A stretch of 63,112 nt of DNA, the filler included, from Octopus bimaculoides (taxonomy: Eukaryota), in the NCBI RefSeq assembly GCF_001194135.2. It is 5 parts of 4 records of this genome, joined end to end, with 100 filler letters (N's around TTAATTAATTAA, not from the genome) between each part and the next. Parts side by side here need not be neighbours in the genome. Positions count along the whole stretch, not along the records: positions 45,577 to 61,264 come from NC_068999.1; 4 more parts are not named here. One strand, 5' to 3'. Shown piece after piece: positions 47,545 through 60,174 of the stretch. The notes under the pieces were generated by a model. That model worked only from the letters and a program-made list of their open reading frames with translations. It was not told the origin of the DNA and did no database searches. Both the position numbers and the translations under genes were made by a program. Every line of letters begins with the position of its first letter. The stretch's first letter is position 1.

Positions 47545-47741
47545 NNNNNNNNNNTGAATTTCATTTAAATAAGGAGGGAGATGGATAAAAGCGTGGGAAT
47601 TGGAGCCACCATTACCATGAACATTTATAAGCGTTTTCGTACATACATATGTGGACGTGGGATTGTGAGGCTGCATGAAAAGCATTGCAGCTTTCGACCA
47701 TTCATCTTGACTTCTTTCATCGCTATAATTCTTTTTGTGCC

Positions 47742-47785
<44 letters not shown>

Positions 47786-48116
47786 GTGGAAGATTATTTC
47801 CGTACTTGCATATGTGTGCGTGTGTGCATGTGAGGCTTGTATGAGTATGTGCATGCGAGTGTGTGCGTGCGAGTGTATACTGGTCTTCACTGTCCGTCAC
47901 TATATTTGATTTCATAATCATTTTCTTTTCCTGGTACTGGATTTCTGATCCACACGCACACACGAGCGCACATACATACACACACATAGATAGATAGGTA
48001 CACACACACACATCCATGAAAACATTATACACACACACATACATATATATATATATATGCATAAATGCTTAGACAGATATATATGCATATAAATATGTAT
48101 ATACAAATGTATATAC

Positions 48117-48147
<31 letters not shown>

Positions 48148-48280
48148 NNNNNNNNNNNNNNNNNNNNNNNNNNNNNNNNNNNNNNNNNNNNNNNNNNNNN
48201 NNNNNNNNNNNNNNNNNNNNNNNNNNNNNNNNNNNNNTATATATATGTATATATATATATATCAACATATAACTGTCTGC

Positions 48281-48324
<44 letters not shown>

Positions 48325-48865
48325 ATAGATGCATACGCATGCGTATTACGTGCGTGCACGCATACACACACAAGCGAGCGTATGCACCCACGCATACTTT
48401 GTGTATATGTGTGTGGATATATACCACTGTACTTGTGTTTAAATGCGCACGAATATATGCATACGTATGTGCGCATGCACATACGCATGCGCGTAGAAGA
48501 GCGTATGAGCTTATATCTGCGAGTACATTTCTTGTCCATTGAAAGTTTGACATTTCATCGTCCCGAGGCGCCACCATTTTTCTCTCTGGTCTAAAATGTA
48601 GGGTCAGGCATGAAAAGATTTGATTGTGGCTGTTCTACGGCACTACACCGGCCATTGTCCCGGCAATTGAAATAAATACACTGTCGTTTCAATGGTACAG
48701 GATTTGGCCTCACGTATGTAGACGTTTACATACATATATACATAAATGCATACAAACGTACGTACGTACGTACGCACGTAAATAATACACACACACATAG
48801 ACAAATACATACATGCATACATTCATAGATGCGTACATACGAACATAACATATAAACATACATAC

Positions 48866-48917
<52 letters not shown>

Positions 48918-50470
48918 NNNNNNNNNNNNNNNNNNNNNNNNNNNNNNNNNNNNNNNNNNNNNNNNNNNNNNNNNNNNNNNNNNNNNNNNNNNNNNNNNNN
49001 NNNNNNNNNNNNNNNNNNNNNNNNNNNNNNNNNNNNNNNNNNNNNNNNNNNNNNNNNNNNNNNNNNNNNNNNNNNNNNNNNNNNNNNNNNNNNNNNNNNN
49101 NNNNNNNNNNNNNNNNNNNNNNNNNNNNNNNNNNNNNNNNNNNNNNNNNNNNNNNNNNNNNNNNNNNNNNNNNNNNNNNNNNNNNNNNNNNNNNNNNNNN
49201 NNNNNNNNNNNNNNNNNNNNNNNNNNNNNNNNNNNNNNNNNNNNNNNNNNNNNNNNNNNNNNNNNNNNNNNNNNNNNNNNNNNNNNNNNNNNNNNNNNNN
49301 NNNNNNNNNNNNNNNNNNNNNNNNNNNNTATATATATATATATATATATATACACAAATTTTTAAATATATATATGCACATATATATGTATATATAAAAA
49401 TATATATATGTACACACACACACACACATACATACATATACATATATATATATATCTATATATATACAAATATACATACAAGTATACATACATATGCAAA
49501 TATATATATATACTGGTGCTCTTCTCGTTTGTTGCTGATGTTACAGTCGTGCTTCAATGGCGATCTTTTTCGTTATAATAGTGGCGTTGCTGATGTAGCA
49601 GTGTTGGTGGTGGTGTACTTTTGGAGCGAGAGGTGGCGTGTGTCTTTGAATGCTGCTGTGTCAGTGGCAGTGATGGCGGCGATCACACTCGTGTTTCGGT
49701 TTGCGACATCAATGGTGAGAACAATGGTGGTGATAATGGCAGTGGTGGTGGTGGCGCTGATTTTAGTGATGATGGCGGTGTTCCCATGTTGTGGTGTTTA
49801 TCCCCAGGTCTAATCTATGATCAAAGTTATTCCAGCCATGGCCATCCTGTAAAATTTACACATGCTTCTGAGTCTCTTTATAAGTTGGGAGATGAAAGGG
49901 TTGAGGCAAAAATTTGTTGCTACATCCAGCAGGTTGAGTGACTGTGTAATGGTCTCCTCAATGGATTGTGGTTGTGGTGATGGTGTTGGTGGTGGTAGTG
50001 GTGGTGGTGATGGTGATGGTGGTGGTGATGGTAGCGCTGGTGGTTGTGATGCCGGTAGAGGTAGCGGCGGCAGTGGCGGCGCTGCTGGTGGTGATGGTTA
50101 GGATTTCAGTTGAAAAACCAGTTTGTAAGATTGCAGATGGTTTGATTAAGTTCGGAAGGTTTTAGTGGTGGTCATGGCGTTAATGGTGGTGATATTGGTT
50201 TACGTGGTGGCGGTGTAGGCTGTGTTTTGGCGGCGGAGAGGTGGGACGGAGTTGGATCTTCTAGTTTAATGCTTGTTAAGTTTATTAAAATATAGATAAG
50301 AAAATATATAGATAATTATACAGCGAGGAGAAGGAGGAGGGCAGAAACCACTGATAAAAACGTAACATATACAGACATGTGTTTGTATATATATATAAAT
50401 ATGCACCCCCCCCACACAAACATATAAATCTATGTATATGAATATATACACATGCACACATATGCCCCTG

Positions 50471-50525
<55 letters not shown>

Positions 50526-51189
50526 NNNNNNNNNNNNNNNNNNNNNNNNNNNNNNNNNNNNNNNNNNNNNNNNNNNNNNNNNNNNNNNNNNNNNNNNNNN
50601 NNNNNNNNNNNNNNNNNNNNNNNNNNNNNNNNNNNNNNNNNNNNNNNNNNNNNNNNNNNNNNNNNNNNNNNNNNNNNNNNNNNNNNNNNNNNNNNNNNNN
50701 NNNNNNNNNNNNNNNNNNNNNNNNNNNNNNNNNNNNNNNNNNNNNNNNNNNNNNNNNNNNNNNNNNNNNNNNNNNNNNNNNNNNNNNNNNNNNNNNNNNN
50801 NNNNNNNNNNNNNNNNNNNNNNNNNNNNNNNNNNNNNNNNNNNNNNNNNNNNNNNNNNNNNNNNNNNNNNNNNNNNNNNNNNNNNNNNNNNNNNNNNNNN
50901 NNNNNNNNNNNNNNNNNNNNNNNNNNNNNNNNNNNNNNNNNNNNNNNNNNNNNNNNNNNNNNNNNNNNNNNNNNNNNNNNNNNNNNNNNNNNNNNNNNNN
51001 NNNNNNNNNNNNNNNNNNNNNNNNNNNNNNNNNNNNNNNNNNNNNNNNNNNNNNNNNNNNNNNNNNNNNNNNNNNNNNNNNNNNNNNNNNNNNNNNNNNN
51101 NNNNNNNNNNNNNNNNNNNNNNNNNNGTGAGAAGGGGGGGGAGCGGAGAAGAAGAAAAAGAGAAAAACAGAAATAGATATAGAAACAGA

Positions 51190-51690
51190 CGATAATTAGT
51201 TATATTGATAGAAATGATGACGATATATCGATGGATGATGAGGACGGACGGTGATGACGACGATTGTGGATGGTGAAGAGGATGATGATGATGATGATGA
51301 CAATGATGATGATGATGATGATGACGATGATGGTGATGGTGATGATGATAATGATGATGATGATGATGATGATGGTGACAGTGATGATAATGATGATAAT
51401 GATAGTGATGATGAGGATGGTGATGAGGATGAGGATGAGGTAGAGAAGAAGAGGGCAGGACTTGTGGCAAGGTGGACGCAGAGGAGAAAGCGGAAAGGCG
51501 AAGTGCAATAGTAGTAGAAGGAGCATGAAGAAGAAGAAGAAGAAGAAGAAGAAGAAGAAGAAGAAGAAGAAGAAGAAGAAGAAGAAGAAGAAGAAGAAGA
51601 AGAAGACGATATGGTGATCGTGATGCTGATGACAGCAACTACGATAACTACGATGATGATAATGATGATGATGATGATGATGATGTCGAC
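51190..51690. repeat. Compound (GAT)n and pure (GAA)n trinucleotide tracts
   Basis: Direct reading; it explains the poly-D, poly-H and poly-S ORFs. Confidence 0.95.
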
Positions 51691-51924
51691 GTCGGTGATG
51701 CCTGTCAGAATATTACACTCCATAGAGTTTCCCAGGCAGTCAGACAAACACACAAACAATCAACAGACAGATGTTGCGTCAGATACACAACACATGTTTT
51801 TGTATAGATTCATTTGTAGCTAGGCACACACACACATGTGCGTACACTCACATTTACATACTTCATCTGATAGGTCTCTATATTGATAGAAAGATACATC
51901 AAGAAGTTGCAAGGAACATTTCGA

Positions 51925-52062
51925 CATATGTAGCTCTGTGTTTAGAGCGTCAGATTTACAATCATGAGGTGGTGAGTTCGATTTCAGGACCGGGCTATCT
52001 CTTCTATTTTTGATCAAGACACTTTATTTCACGTTACACCAGTTCACTCATCTGTAGGAATG
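51925..52062 (+). mobile_element. tRNA-derived SINE head and body
   Basis: TAGCTCTGTGTTTAGAGCG (A-box-like), GAGTTCGATTTC (B-box-like), then CAAGACACTTTATTTCAC as in the reverse copy at 41640-41745. Confidence 0.7.
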
Positions 52063-52844
52063 AGATGCGATGTCACTGGTGCTAAGTGTATTGGTCTTTG
52101 CCTTTCTCTTGGNNNNNNNNNNNNNNNNNNNNNNNNNNNNNNNNNNNNNNNNNNNNNNNNNNNNNNNNNNNNNNNNNNNNNNNNNNNNNNNNNNNNNNNN
52201 NNNNNNNNNNNNNNNNNNNNNNNNNNNNNNNNNNNNNNNNNNNNNNNNNNNNNNNNNNNNNNNNNNNNNNNNNNNNNNNNNNNNNNNNNNNNNNNNNNNN
52301 NNNNNNNNNNNNNNNNNNNNNNNNNNNNNNNNNNNNNNNNNNNNNNNNNNNNNNNNNNNNNNNNNNNNNNNNNNNNNNNNNNNNNNNNNNNNNNNNNNNN
52401 NNNNNNNNNNNNNNNNNNNNNNNNNNNNNNNNNNNNNNNNNNNNNNNNNNNNNNNNNNNNNNNNNNNNNNNNNNNNNNNNNNNNNNNNNNNNNNNNNNNN
52501 NNNNNNNNNNNNNNNNNNNNNNNNNNNNNNNNNNNNNNNNNNNNNNNNNNNNNNNNNNNNNNNNNNNNNNNNNNNNNNNNNNNNNNNNNNNNNNNNNNNN
52601 NNNNNNNNNNNNNNNNNNNNNNNNNNNNNNNNNNNNNNNNNNNNNNNNNNNNNNNNNNNNNNNNNNNNNNNNNNNNNNNNNNNNNNNNNNNNNNNNNNNN
52701 NNNNNNNNNNNNNNNNNNNNNNNNNNNNNNNNNNNNNNNNNNNNNNNNNNNNNNNNNNNNNNNNNNNNNNNNNNNNNNNNNNNNNNNNNNNNNNNNNNNN
52801 NNNNNNNNNNNNNNNNNNNNNNNNNNNNNNNNNNNNNNNNNNNN

Positions 52845-52883
<39 letters not shown>

Positions 52884-53039
52884 GTATATGATTGTGTGGA
52901 TTTGGTCGAAGGAAAGAAGCGACAACGTCTACTATAAAAAATGTGCACAGGCACTGAACTAGCAAGGGCTAACCGGATGTTGGGCATCAACCAGCAAGGA
53001 CCCTCATACAGCTGCCGAACACTACCATTATGTTTACTT

Positions 53040-53585
53040 TTTACAGCCTTAAAACTGGCAGCTGAGAGTGGATCCCATCGAAGGGTTAACGTCCCCAGAT
53101 CACATCGTGCCAAACACACTCCGCCAGACAGTAATCTTCTCAAATTCAGCCAACCAGGTAATCATGTAGGAACTGACTGTGTCCTGGGAGGAACACATGA
53201 AGGAAACTCTTCAGAAGAGGCCTGTCAAATACCGAGAGCTGGTAGTGTAATGCAGAAACTGGCACTGGCAGGTATATTACTAGGCAATAGAAGCGGGCTA
53301 TTGAGGTTTTGTGAGGCATTCATTTTGCAAAAGTCTTACTGGACTTGGAGTTACAGTCGTAGCAAAGAGTGAGGTTATATATTCCATCACTGAAACTGCA
53401 AAGAAGGCCACTAGGTGGCTTTGGATAAAGGGGGCAGACGAATGCCTTGCTGCTACTGGGATGCAAGTTGAGACTCGATCAATACCGGCTGAGACAACTG
53501 GGGGAGAAGGTCTGACGTCGAAAGACCCGAAACCACCCGGGACCCAAGAAACATTGCTGACGATTCATTCCAGAGAATCTGTAAG
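53040..53585 (+). mobile_element. HERO-like non-LTR retrotransposon 3' end: restriction-like endonuclease domain and 3' UTR
   Basis: WQLRVD..SPDHIVPNTLRQTVIFSNS.NQVIM*ELTVSWEE...KYRELV...AIEAGY*GF...AKKATRWLWIK resembles the LRPD/ELTVPWE/EVG.RGF/RWLWIK pattern of HERO-clade elements. The clade call is from memory. Confidence 0.8.
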
Positions 53586-53739
53586 ATGTATCTTAAACTA
53601 AAATACATACATTATCTCTGTATCAGTTTCATAAATATTCATTCTTACGTGATTGCTTTAGTTCATTTTGTCAATTCTTTGATTTGTTCCGTCCATTCAT
53701 TACGTCCTTCCTGTATTCCTGTCTTCCTTCTTTCATTCA

Positions 53740-54043
53740 TTAATTCATTCATTCATTCATTCATTAACTTCTCAGTCAAATAAAACAAATGCAACGAGAG
53801 AAAGAGAGAAGGAAAGAAGTTAGATAAATAGATAGACACATAAGTAAATAGATAGATAGATAGATAGAGAGAGAGGAGAGAGAGAAAGTGAGAGAGAGAA
53901 ACAGAGAGGGATGAAGAGGAAGAGAGAGAAAGAAAGGGAGAGAGAGAGGGTAGAGGGAAATAGACAGAAGCGGAAGGAAGAAAAACTGTAGTTAGGAAAT
54001 GTAGAAAATGTAATAAAGAGAGGGGGAAGTTAGGAGGGGGGAT

Positions 54044-54090
<47 letters not shown>

Positions 54091-54100
54091 NNNNNNNNNN

Positions 54101-54145
<45 letters not shown>

Positions 54146-54365
54146 AGGCACAGTGTGTGTAATAGAAACATATACATGAAGCGTGAGAGCTGGCTAGAGA
54201 GAAATAACTAGAGAGGAGAGAGGTTGCGTAATCGGAACAAAGAGAGAGAGAGAGAGAGAGAGAGGGAGAAGGTAAGAACGAAAACGGAAAGAAAGTGAGA
54301 AAGAAAGACAGAAAGAAAGAAAGAAAGAGAAGCGGACAGACAGACAGACAGACAGACTGACAGAA
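53740..54365. repeat. GA-rich compound microsatellite region ((GA)n, (GATA)n, (GACA)n)
   Basis: Direct reading. Confidence 0.9.
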
Positions 54366-54429
54366 GCAAGTATTATTTTCCCTGTCTGAGATGACTTAAT
54401 CCTTTAAGCTATATCAAATGAGAAGTTGG

Positions 54430-54666
54430 TGCTTTATCCTTTTTGCGTGTGTCTGTGTGTGTGTATGTGTGCGTGTCTATGTGTGTGTATGTGTGCTGTG
54501 TGTGTGCTATGTGTGTGCGTATGCGTGTGTGTATGTCCACACACATATGTATATGTCTGTTTGTGTGAATGTGCGCGTGTGTGTATGTCCATATATATAT
54601 ATGTGTCTGTGTGTGTTTGTGTGCGCGTGTGAGTGTGTGTGTGCGTATGTATGTGTGTGTATGTCC

Positions 54667-54723
<57 letters not shown>

Positions 54724-55310
54724 CCTGTGTGTGTATGTGTGTGTGTATACACACATCTGTGTGTGCGGCTTTGTGTGTTGTGCAATTGTGTATATGCAAA
54801 TGTGTCCGTGTGTGTATGTCCATATATATATATATATGTCTGTGTGTCTGTGCGCGTGTGAGTGTGTGTGTATATCCATATGTATATGTGTGTGCGCGTA
54901 TGTTTATGTGTGTATCCGCATATACATATATATGTGTGTGTGTGTGGCTTTGTGTCTGTGTGCAATTGTGTATATACAAATGTGTCCGTGTGCCTGCGTG
55001 TGTGTGTGTGCATCTATGCATATGTATATGTGTGAATTTCTGCTCGCGTGCATCTGTGTGTATGAGCATGTATATATGTGTATATTTGTGTATATATGTG
55101 TATGTTTGTTCACGCGCTTTTCTATTCCAGTGTTCGTCGCCACGTATGTGTGTATATGTGCATGTGTGTGCGTGTGTATGTGTGCAGTTGTATGTGAGTG
55201 TCTCTATGTATATCTGTATACATGCGTGCGTGCGTGCGTGCGTGTGTATCTCTATGTATATTTGTATCTGTGTGTGTGTATATGTATGTATATACGTGTG
55301 TATGCGTAAA
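54430..55310. repeat. Long compound (TG)/(TA) tract with internal block duplications
   Basis: GGCTTTGTGT...TGTGCAATTGTGTATAT.CAAATGTGTCCGTG at about 54766 and 54945; TATGTCCATATATATAT..GTCTGTGTGT..GTGCGCGTGTGAGTGTGTG at about 54584 and 54814. Confidence 0.88.
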
Positions 55311-55746
55311 TAATATCTTTTTGTTGTTGTTTTTCTAAGGATTTACCATTTGCCTCTTTTTCAGCGTTTGCATTTAAATGTTCCTGTTGTTCTCCTTGTT
55401 TTCGTTCAGGTTATTGTCGTTGTTATTGTTACTGGTTGTTGTTGTCTCATTTTAATCTCTTTTACTTATTATCTCCGACTTCCTCGTCGTCATCCAACGT
55501 CGTCGTCGTCGTCGTCGTCTTCATTGCTTTTATTCTTGGCGTTATTGTTGTTGTTACTTTGATTGCTATTGCTGTTTTTCTTGTTGTTGCTACTTGTACT
55601 ATTGCTGTTGTTGTTGTTGTTGTTGTCGTTGTTGTTGTTGTTATTTCTGTCATTGCAGTTGTTGTTGTTTTCGTCGAGGTATCTATTACCAGCAACAAAT
55701 ATTGTTCAGGTTGTTTCTAGTATTTTTTATTTCGTTTTTCTTTATA

Positions 55747-55749
<3 letters not shown>

Positions 55750-55787
<38 letters not shown>

Positions 55788-56004
55788 ACACACAGACACA
55801 CAGAGACACAGACACACAGACACACACACACACACACACACACATAGACACACACACACACACACACAGACACAGACACACACAGACACAGACACACAGA
55901 CACACAGACACAGACACACGCACACACACACATACACACAAACACAGACACAGACACACACACACACACAAACAAACACATCCCTCCACAGAAACACACA
56001 CACA

Positions 56005-56040
<36 letters not shown>
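55750..56040. repeat. (CA)n/(CACAGA)n/(TA)n compound microsatellite
   Basis: Direct reading. Confidence 0.95.
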
Positions 56041-56043
<3 letters not shown>

Positions 56044-56440
56044 TTTGTTTGTTTTTGTTATGCTATATAAGTCAATAGAACGGCCGGATCAATAGCCGTA
56101 GTGTTATTTGCCAGAGAATCGGAGGAAATCTTTCTTTTTTTCGTTCTCTGAACCTCATCAGCAACACACGGATTATAACGGACGACGACGGAACTGGATA
56201 CGGCGGATCAGCAGCGGCTGTGGAAATGGCGGCGGCTGAGGCGGCGATGATGGCAGCAGCAGCAGCAGCAGCTACATTAACAGCCATGTTGGAGACGGCG
56301 GCGGCGGCGACAGAATCAGTGGAACGAGGTGGTGGAAGGTGAAAAGAGGTGGAAGTAAGAATGAGAAGCAGACAGGAAGCAGAAGCGCTTTTTTTTTGAT
56401 GGGCGTGGTGGGGAGGACAGGCTAATAATCTATTATACTA

Positions 56441-56605
56441 GGCGCAGGCGTGGCTGTGTGGTAAGAAGCTTGCTTCTCGATCCACGTGGTTCCGGGTTCG
56501 GTCCCAATGCGAGGCACCTTAGGCAAGTGTCTACTATAGCCTCAAGCCGACCAAATCCTTATGAGTGGATTTGGAGACAAAAACTGAAAGAAGCCCGTCG
56601 TATTT
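56441..56605 (+). mobile_element. tRNA-derived SINE, best preserved copy of this family in the window
   Basis: GGCGCAGGCGTGGCTGTGTGGTAAGAAGCTT (A-box-like), GGGTTCGGTCCC (B-box-like), tail into (TA)/(TG). Confidence 0.85.
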
Positions 56606-56849
56606 ATATATATATGTGTGTGTGTGTATGCGTTTTTGATGAATGTAGAACTACTTCTTATCCACTATTGTTGTCAGGGACTACGTGTCAGTGGTCCAGT
56701 TATGAGATAGTTAGCATATGTGATGACAATCCATCGGAGTGAGGGGACGTAGAAATACCCTTGGTTGGTGGCAGGGCTCGCAGTAAAACGCATCAGAAGT
56801 GAGGGAACTCTAGCTGTTGTCATAGCTTCCTTCTAGGAGACAGAATAAA

Positions 56850-57065
56850 GGATAAAAGTTCTTCCCGAGTCATACAGACTCATAGGGCTGGTTTCCCAGT
56901 TTCTCTGATACCGGTCCATCGCAGGATCCCTTTTTTGACAGCTGAGTGGACGGGAGCAACGTGAAGTGAAATGAAGAACACAACTTGTCGCTCGGTCCAG
57001 GGATCGAAACCATAATCTTACGATCATGAGTCCAACACCCTAACTACCAAGCCACGCACCTCCAC
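56850..57065 (-). mobile_element. tRNA-derived SINE, reverse orientation
   Basis: Ends in GGGATCGAAACC (reverse B-box) ...CCTAACTACCAAGCCAC (reverse A-box). Confidence 0.65.
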
Positions 57066-57249
57066 ATCCCTCTAAGAGATGGAAAATTTGATGTAAAACC
57101 TGTGATTTCACGTGATTACTGGTCATCTCGCTTCGGCCTTTCACGAGGTACTAATCCCGGAGACTCAGAGATTGGTACACTAGTTGTCCAGACGTTTATC
57201 ATTATAACCCAATGACCTACAGATATCTCTTTATGGTGACCTCATCTGA

Positions 57250-57560
57250 TATTCCATCAGCTGTCAGCCCTATGACGCTCAAAGAGTAAAGAGGATGAAA
57301 GCGGACAATAAGTTACCACCTTCGTCTGTCACCTATTCTCCAAACGAAGCAGATCAGCAACATGAATGAAGAATCATATAAGAGGTCATTGACGGACAGT
57401 CAGAAATGCTATTGACAACGAGGAAGCTGAAAGGCATGGCAATCATCTGTGATGATGGAGCAATCACCATATAGAGTGTTCAATATCGTACAAAAGAAAG
57501 AAAAAAAATGGGAGAAGGCAGAGGCCGACGAGGGAGCCCCGAATAAGGTGTATGGCTTTG
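57250..57560 (+). mobile_element. Possible RTE-like LINE C-terminal remnant
   Basis: TTRKLKG...GEGRGRRGSP resembles RKL..GH...G.R.RGRP. Heavily degraded. Confidence 0.35.
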
Positions 57561-57954
57561 ACGCTTAGGAAAAATGGAAGAGTCATTAACTTCGTTATCT
57601 TTATTAATGTCATTAATTTCGGGACTGCGTTCTTCTACAGCAGTGTTTCTCAAACAGGGTCTATATGTCACGTGGGAGTCCATATAAGATTTCAGTGTTA
57701 AAATTCATGTCTAATGAATTAGTTTTACTTCTACAATAGACAAAATATTTTGAAAATATTTAAAATGTTTAAAATATAACAGAAACTCGGAAGAGTTCGG
57801 GATGTGAGGATTCCATAACCGTCCAGATGTAGAGAGGTACACTCGAGGAAAATGTAGAAATAAAGTCCATAGGATTTAAAGAGACAGGTAGACTAGTGTT
57901 GTCACAGGTGAGAAAAAAAATGAAGAAAAGAGAAAAACAGCAACAACTGAAAGC

Positions 57955-58256
57955 AAGGAGAGTTTCTTCACGATACGTTCTGAGTTCAAATTCTGCCGAG
58001 GTCGACTTTGCCTTTCATCTTTTAGGGGTCGATAAATTAAGTACCAGTTGCGTACTGGTCTCGATCTAATCGATTAGTCCCCTCCCTAAAAATTTCGAGT
58101 TAAAAAAGTGTTTAACTGGTACACGTTTTATCGATCCTGAAATGATGAAATGCAAAGTCGACCTCGGCGGAATTTGAACTCAGAACGTAAATACGGGCGA
58201 AATACCTCTAAGCATTTCGTCCAGAGCGCTAACGACTACTGCCAGCTCACCGTCTT
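57955..58256. mobile_element. Tail-to-tail inverted pair of SINEs (family of 25651)
   Basis: The + arm 57974-58049 and the - arm 58114-58189 are reverse complements with scattered mismatches. The - copy keeps its head to 58256. Confidence 0.9.
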
Positions 58257-58468
58257 ATACATTGCAGCAATTATAAGATTAAATATGTCACATATATTAC
58301 AAAATAATCAATTTCCTGCTTGGTATAGAAGCAATGATATATGTTAAATGTTCCTGATTTTATTTTTAGTTGATGACGAGATTACACAAGAAAATTTACA
58401 AATGCAGTAACTAAAAACACCGATCATTTCCGGAGAAGACATGTTTAAAATGTTTATGTCTCTTAACA

Positions 58469-58958
58469 TACGAGGGAGGACCGAAAAGTTCATAGGGTGG
58501 TTATGAAGGAGTGATGCTAGAGCTGTGAAATCTTGCATGCATTAATTTCAACTCGTCTTATTGATAACTGAATAACGGTTTTGTTTCATAAGGAGTAGGC
58601 TCTATGACCCAAGTCCTTGGCTCCACTGGCTGCTGTACGTGACTGTGGCTTTGAACTGGATGTTCATCCCGATTTGACCCCCAACTGACTATCATCTGTT
58701 CCCCAACTTGAAAAACACAAAAAAACCCCACCTGGTTTGGGACCAGTATCACAATGATGACGACGTCATATCTGTTATTGATGGCTTTTTTGACCAACAG
58801 GATGAAAAGCTCCTTACCGAATGGGATCAAAGCACGGTAAGACCGATGGAAAAGGTGTGTGGAATGCAAGTGGGTCTGCGTTGAAGAATGAACCTCATTC
58901 GATCACGCTGCATCAGGATATTTTCGTCAGTGCATGAGCGTTGCAGCTGACCGTCGTA
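58469..58958 (+). mobile_element. Internally deleted mariner (about 490 bp) with both degenerate termini and TA flanks
   Basis: Begins TACGAGGG and ends CCGTCGTA. The interior carries PDL.P.DYHLFPNLK and RWKRCVEC. Confidence 0.8.
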
Positions 58959-59078
58959 TAACGGCAACGTTTTGTTTCTTAATATCCTCTCGTTTTAACC
59001 ATCATTATAATTCTTTGTGTGACTGTTCCAAACAAAATTTCATCTCATATATACCAGGCTCGTTGATAAGATTCTTTG

Positions 59079-59079
<1 letters not shown>

Positions 59080-59162
<83 letters not shown>

Positions 59163-59585
59163 CATACATATAAATACATATACATACATATATATACATA
59201 TATACATACATTCATGTAACACATACACATATATATATACATATATATACATACATATATATACATATATATACATATATATATATAAGATTGAATATGT
59301 GTGTATATATATATGCGTATGCATATATATATTCACTTTCACTTATATACATACATTAAACTCATATATATGTATATATATGTATATATATATATACATA
59401 CATATATATGAATAAATACATACACATACATAAATACATATATATGTATATTTACACATACGTACCAGACGTGTACGTATATGCATATACATAGCATACA
59501 TACATACACACATACATACATACATAGCATACATACATACATAGCATATATACATACATACGTACATGCACACAAGCATACGTAT
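59080..59585. repeat. (CA)n/(TA)n/(TACA)n compound microsatellite
   Basis: Direct reading. Confidence 0.95.
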
Positions 59586-60109
59586 ATATTCCTACATAAC
59601 ATAAAAAGAAAAGATAACTGTACAAGTAAAACCAGTTTTATTATGTTATTGATATACCTCTCCATTATATACAATAGAGTATATATCCTCACCATTTACT
59701 GCAGACGACAGTTTACAATACATATTTTCACATATTGTCTCTCTTACAATGTCGGCGTGATTTTTTTGTATTCGTTGTTGTTCAAGGCATTTATGAGGGG
59801 GAAAAAACGAATGAAAGCAATACACCTATAATAATTGAAGGGTTTCTGTTTATATATCCCTTATTTTTATATTCTCATTGTGCCTTTCATATGAATATAT
59901 ATATTTTGTCTGTTTTTTTTTTTTTGTTGCAGAGTTATTTCTATTTCGCTATCCTTTTATTACAATACTTTCATAGTATATATAAGTTTTTTTTTGTGTT
60001 GTCTGCTGAATAGTAAAGTTACCCTAGATATCTCGGTTCGGCTTGATATCGTCTGCTAACTAAAGATTCGTATAAATATATAAACGAATAAATAAATGAT
60101 TATATATGT

Positions 60110-60174
<65 letters not shown>

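Noticed and set aside
49529-50165. Val/Gly-rich ORFs
   Set aside because: They come from (GGT)/(GAT) low-complexity sequence mixed with a repeat fragment; all three frames are similarly open.
53508-53535. GTCTGACGTCGAAAGACCCGAAAC in the HERO 3' UTR as a hammerhead
   Set aside because: The core is CUGACGU rather than CUGANGA and the pairing sequesters the core; it is treated as an ordinary stem-loop.
56441-56520. tRNA gene candidates at SINE heads (also 51925, 25651, 11045)
   Set aside because: A and B boxes are present but no full cloverleaf can be formed, and each continues into a repeated SINE body.
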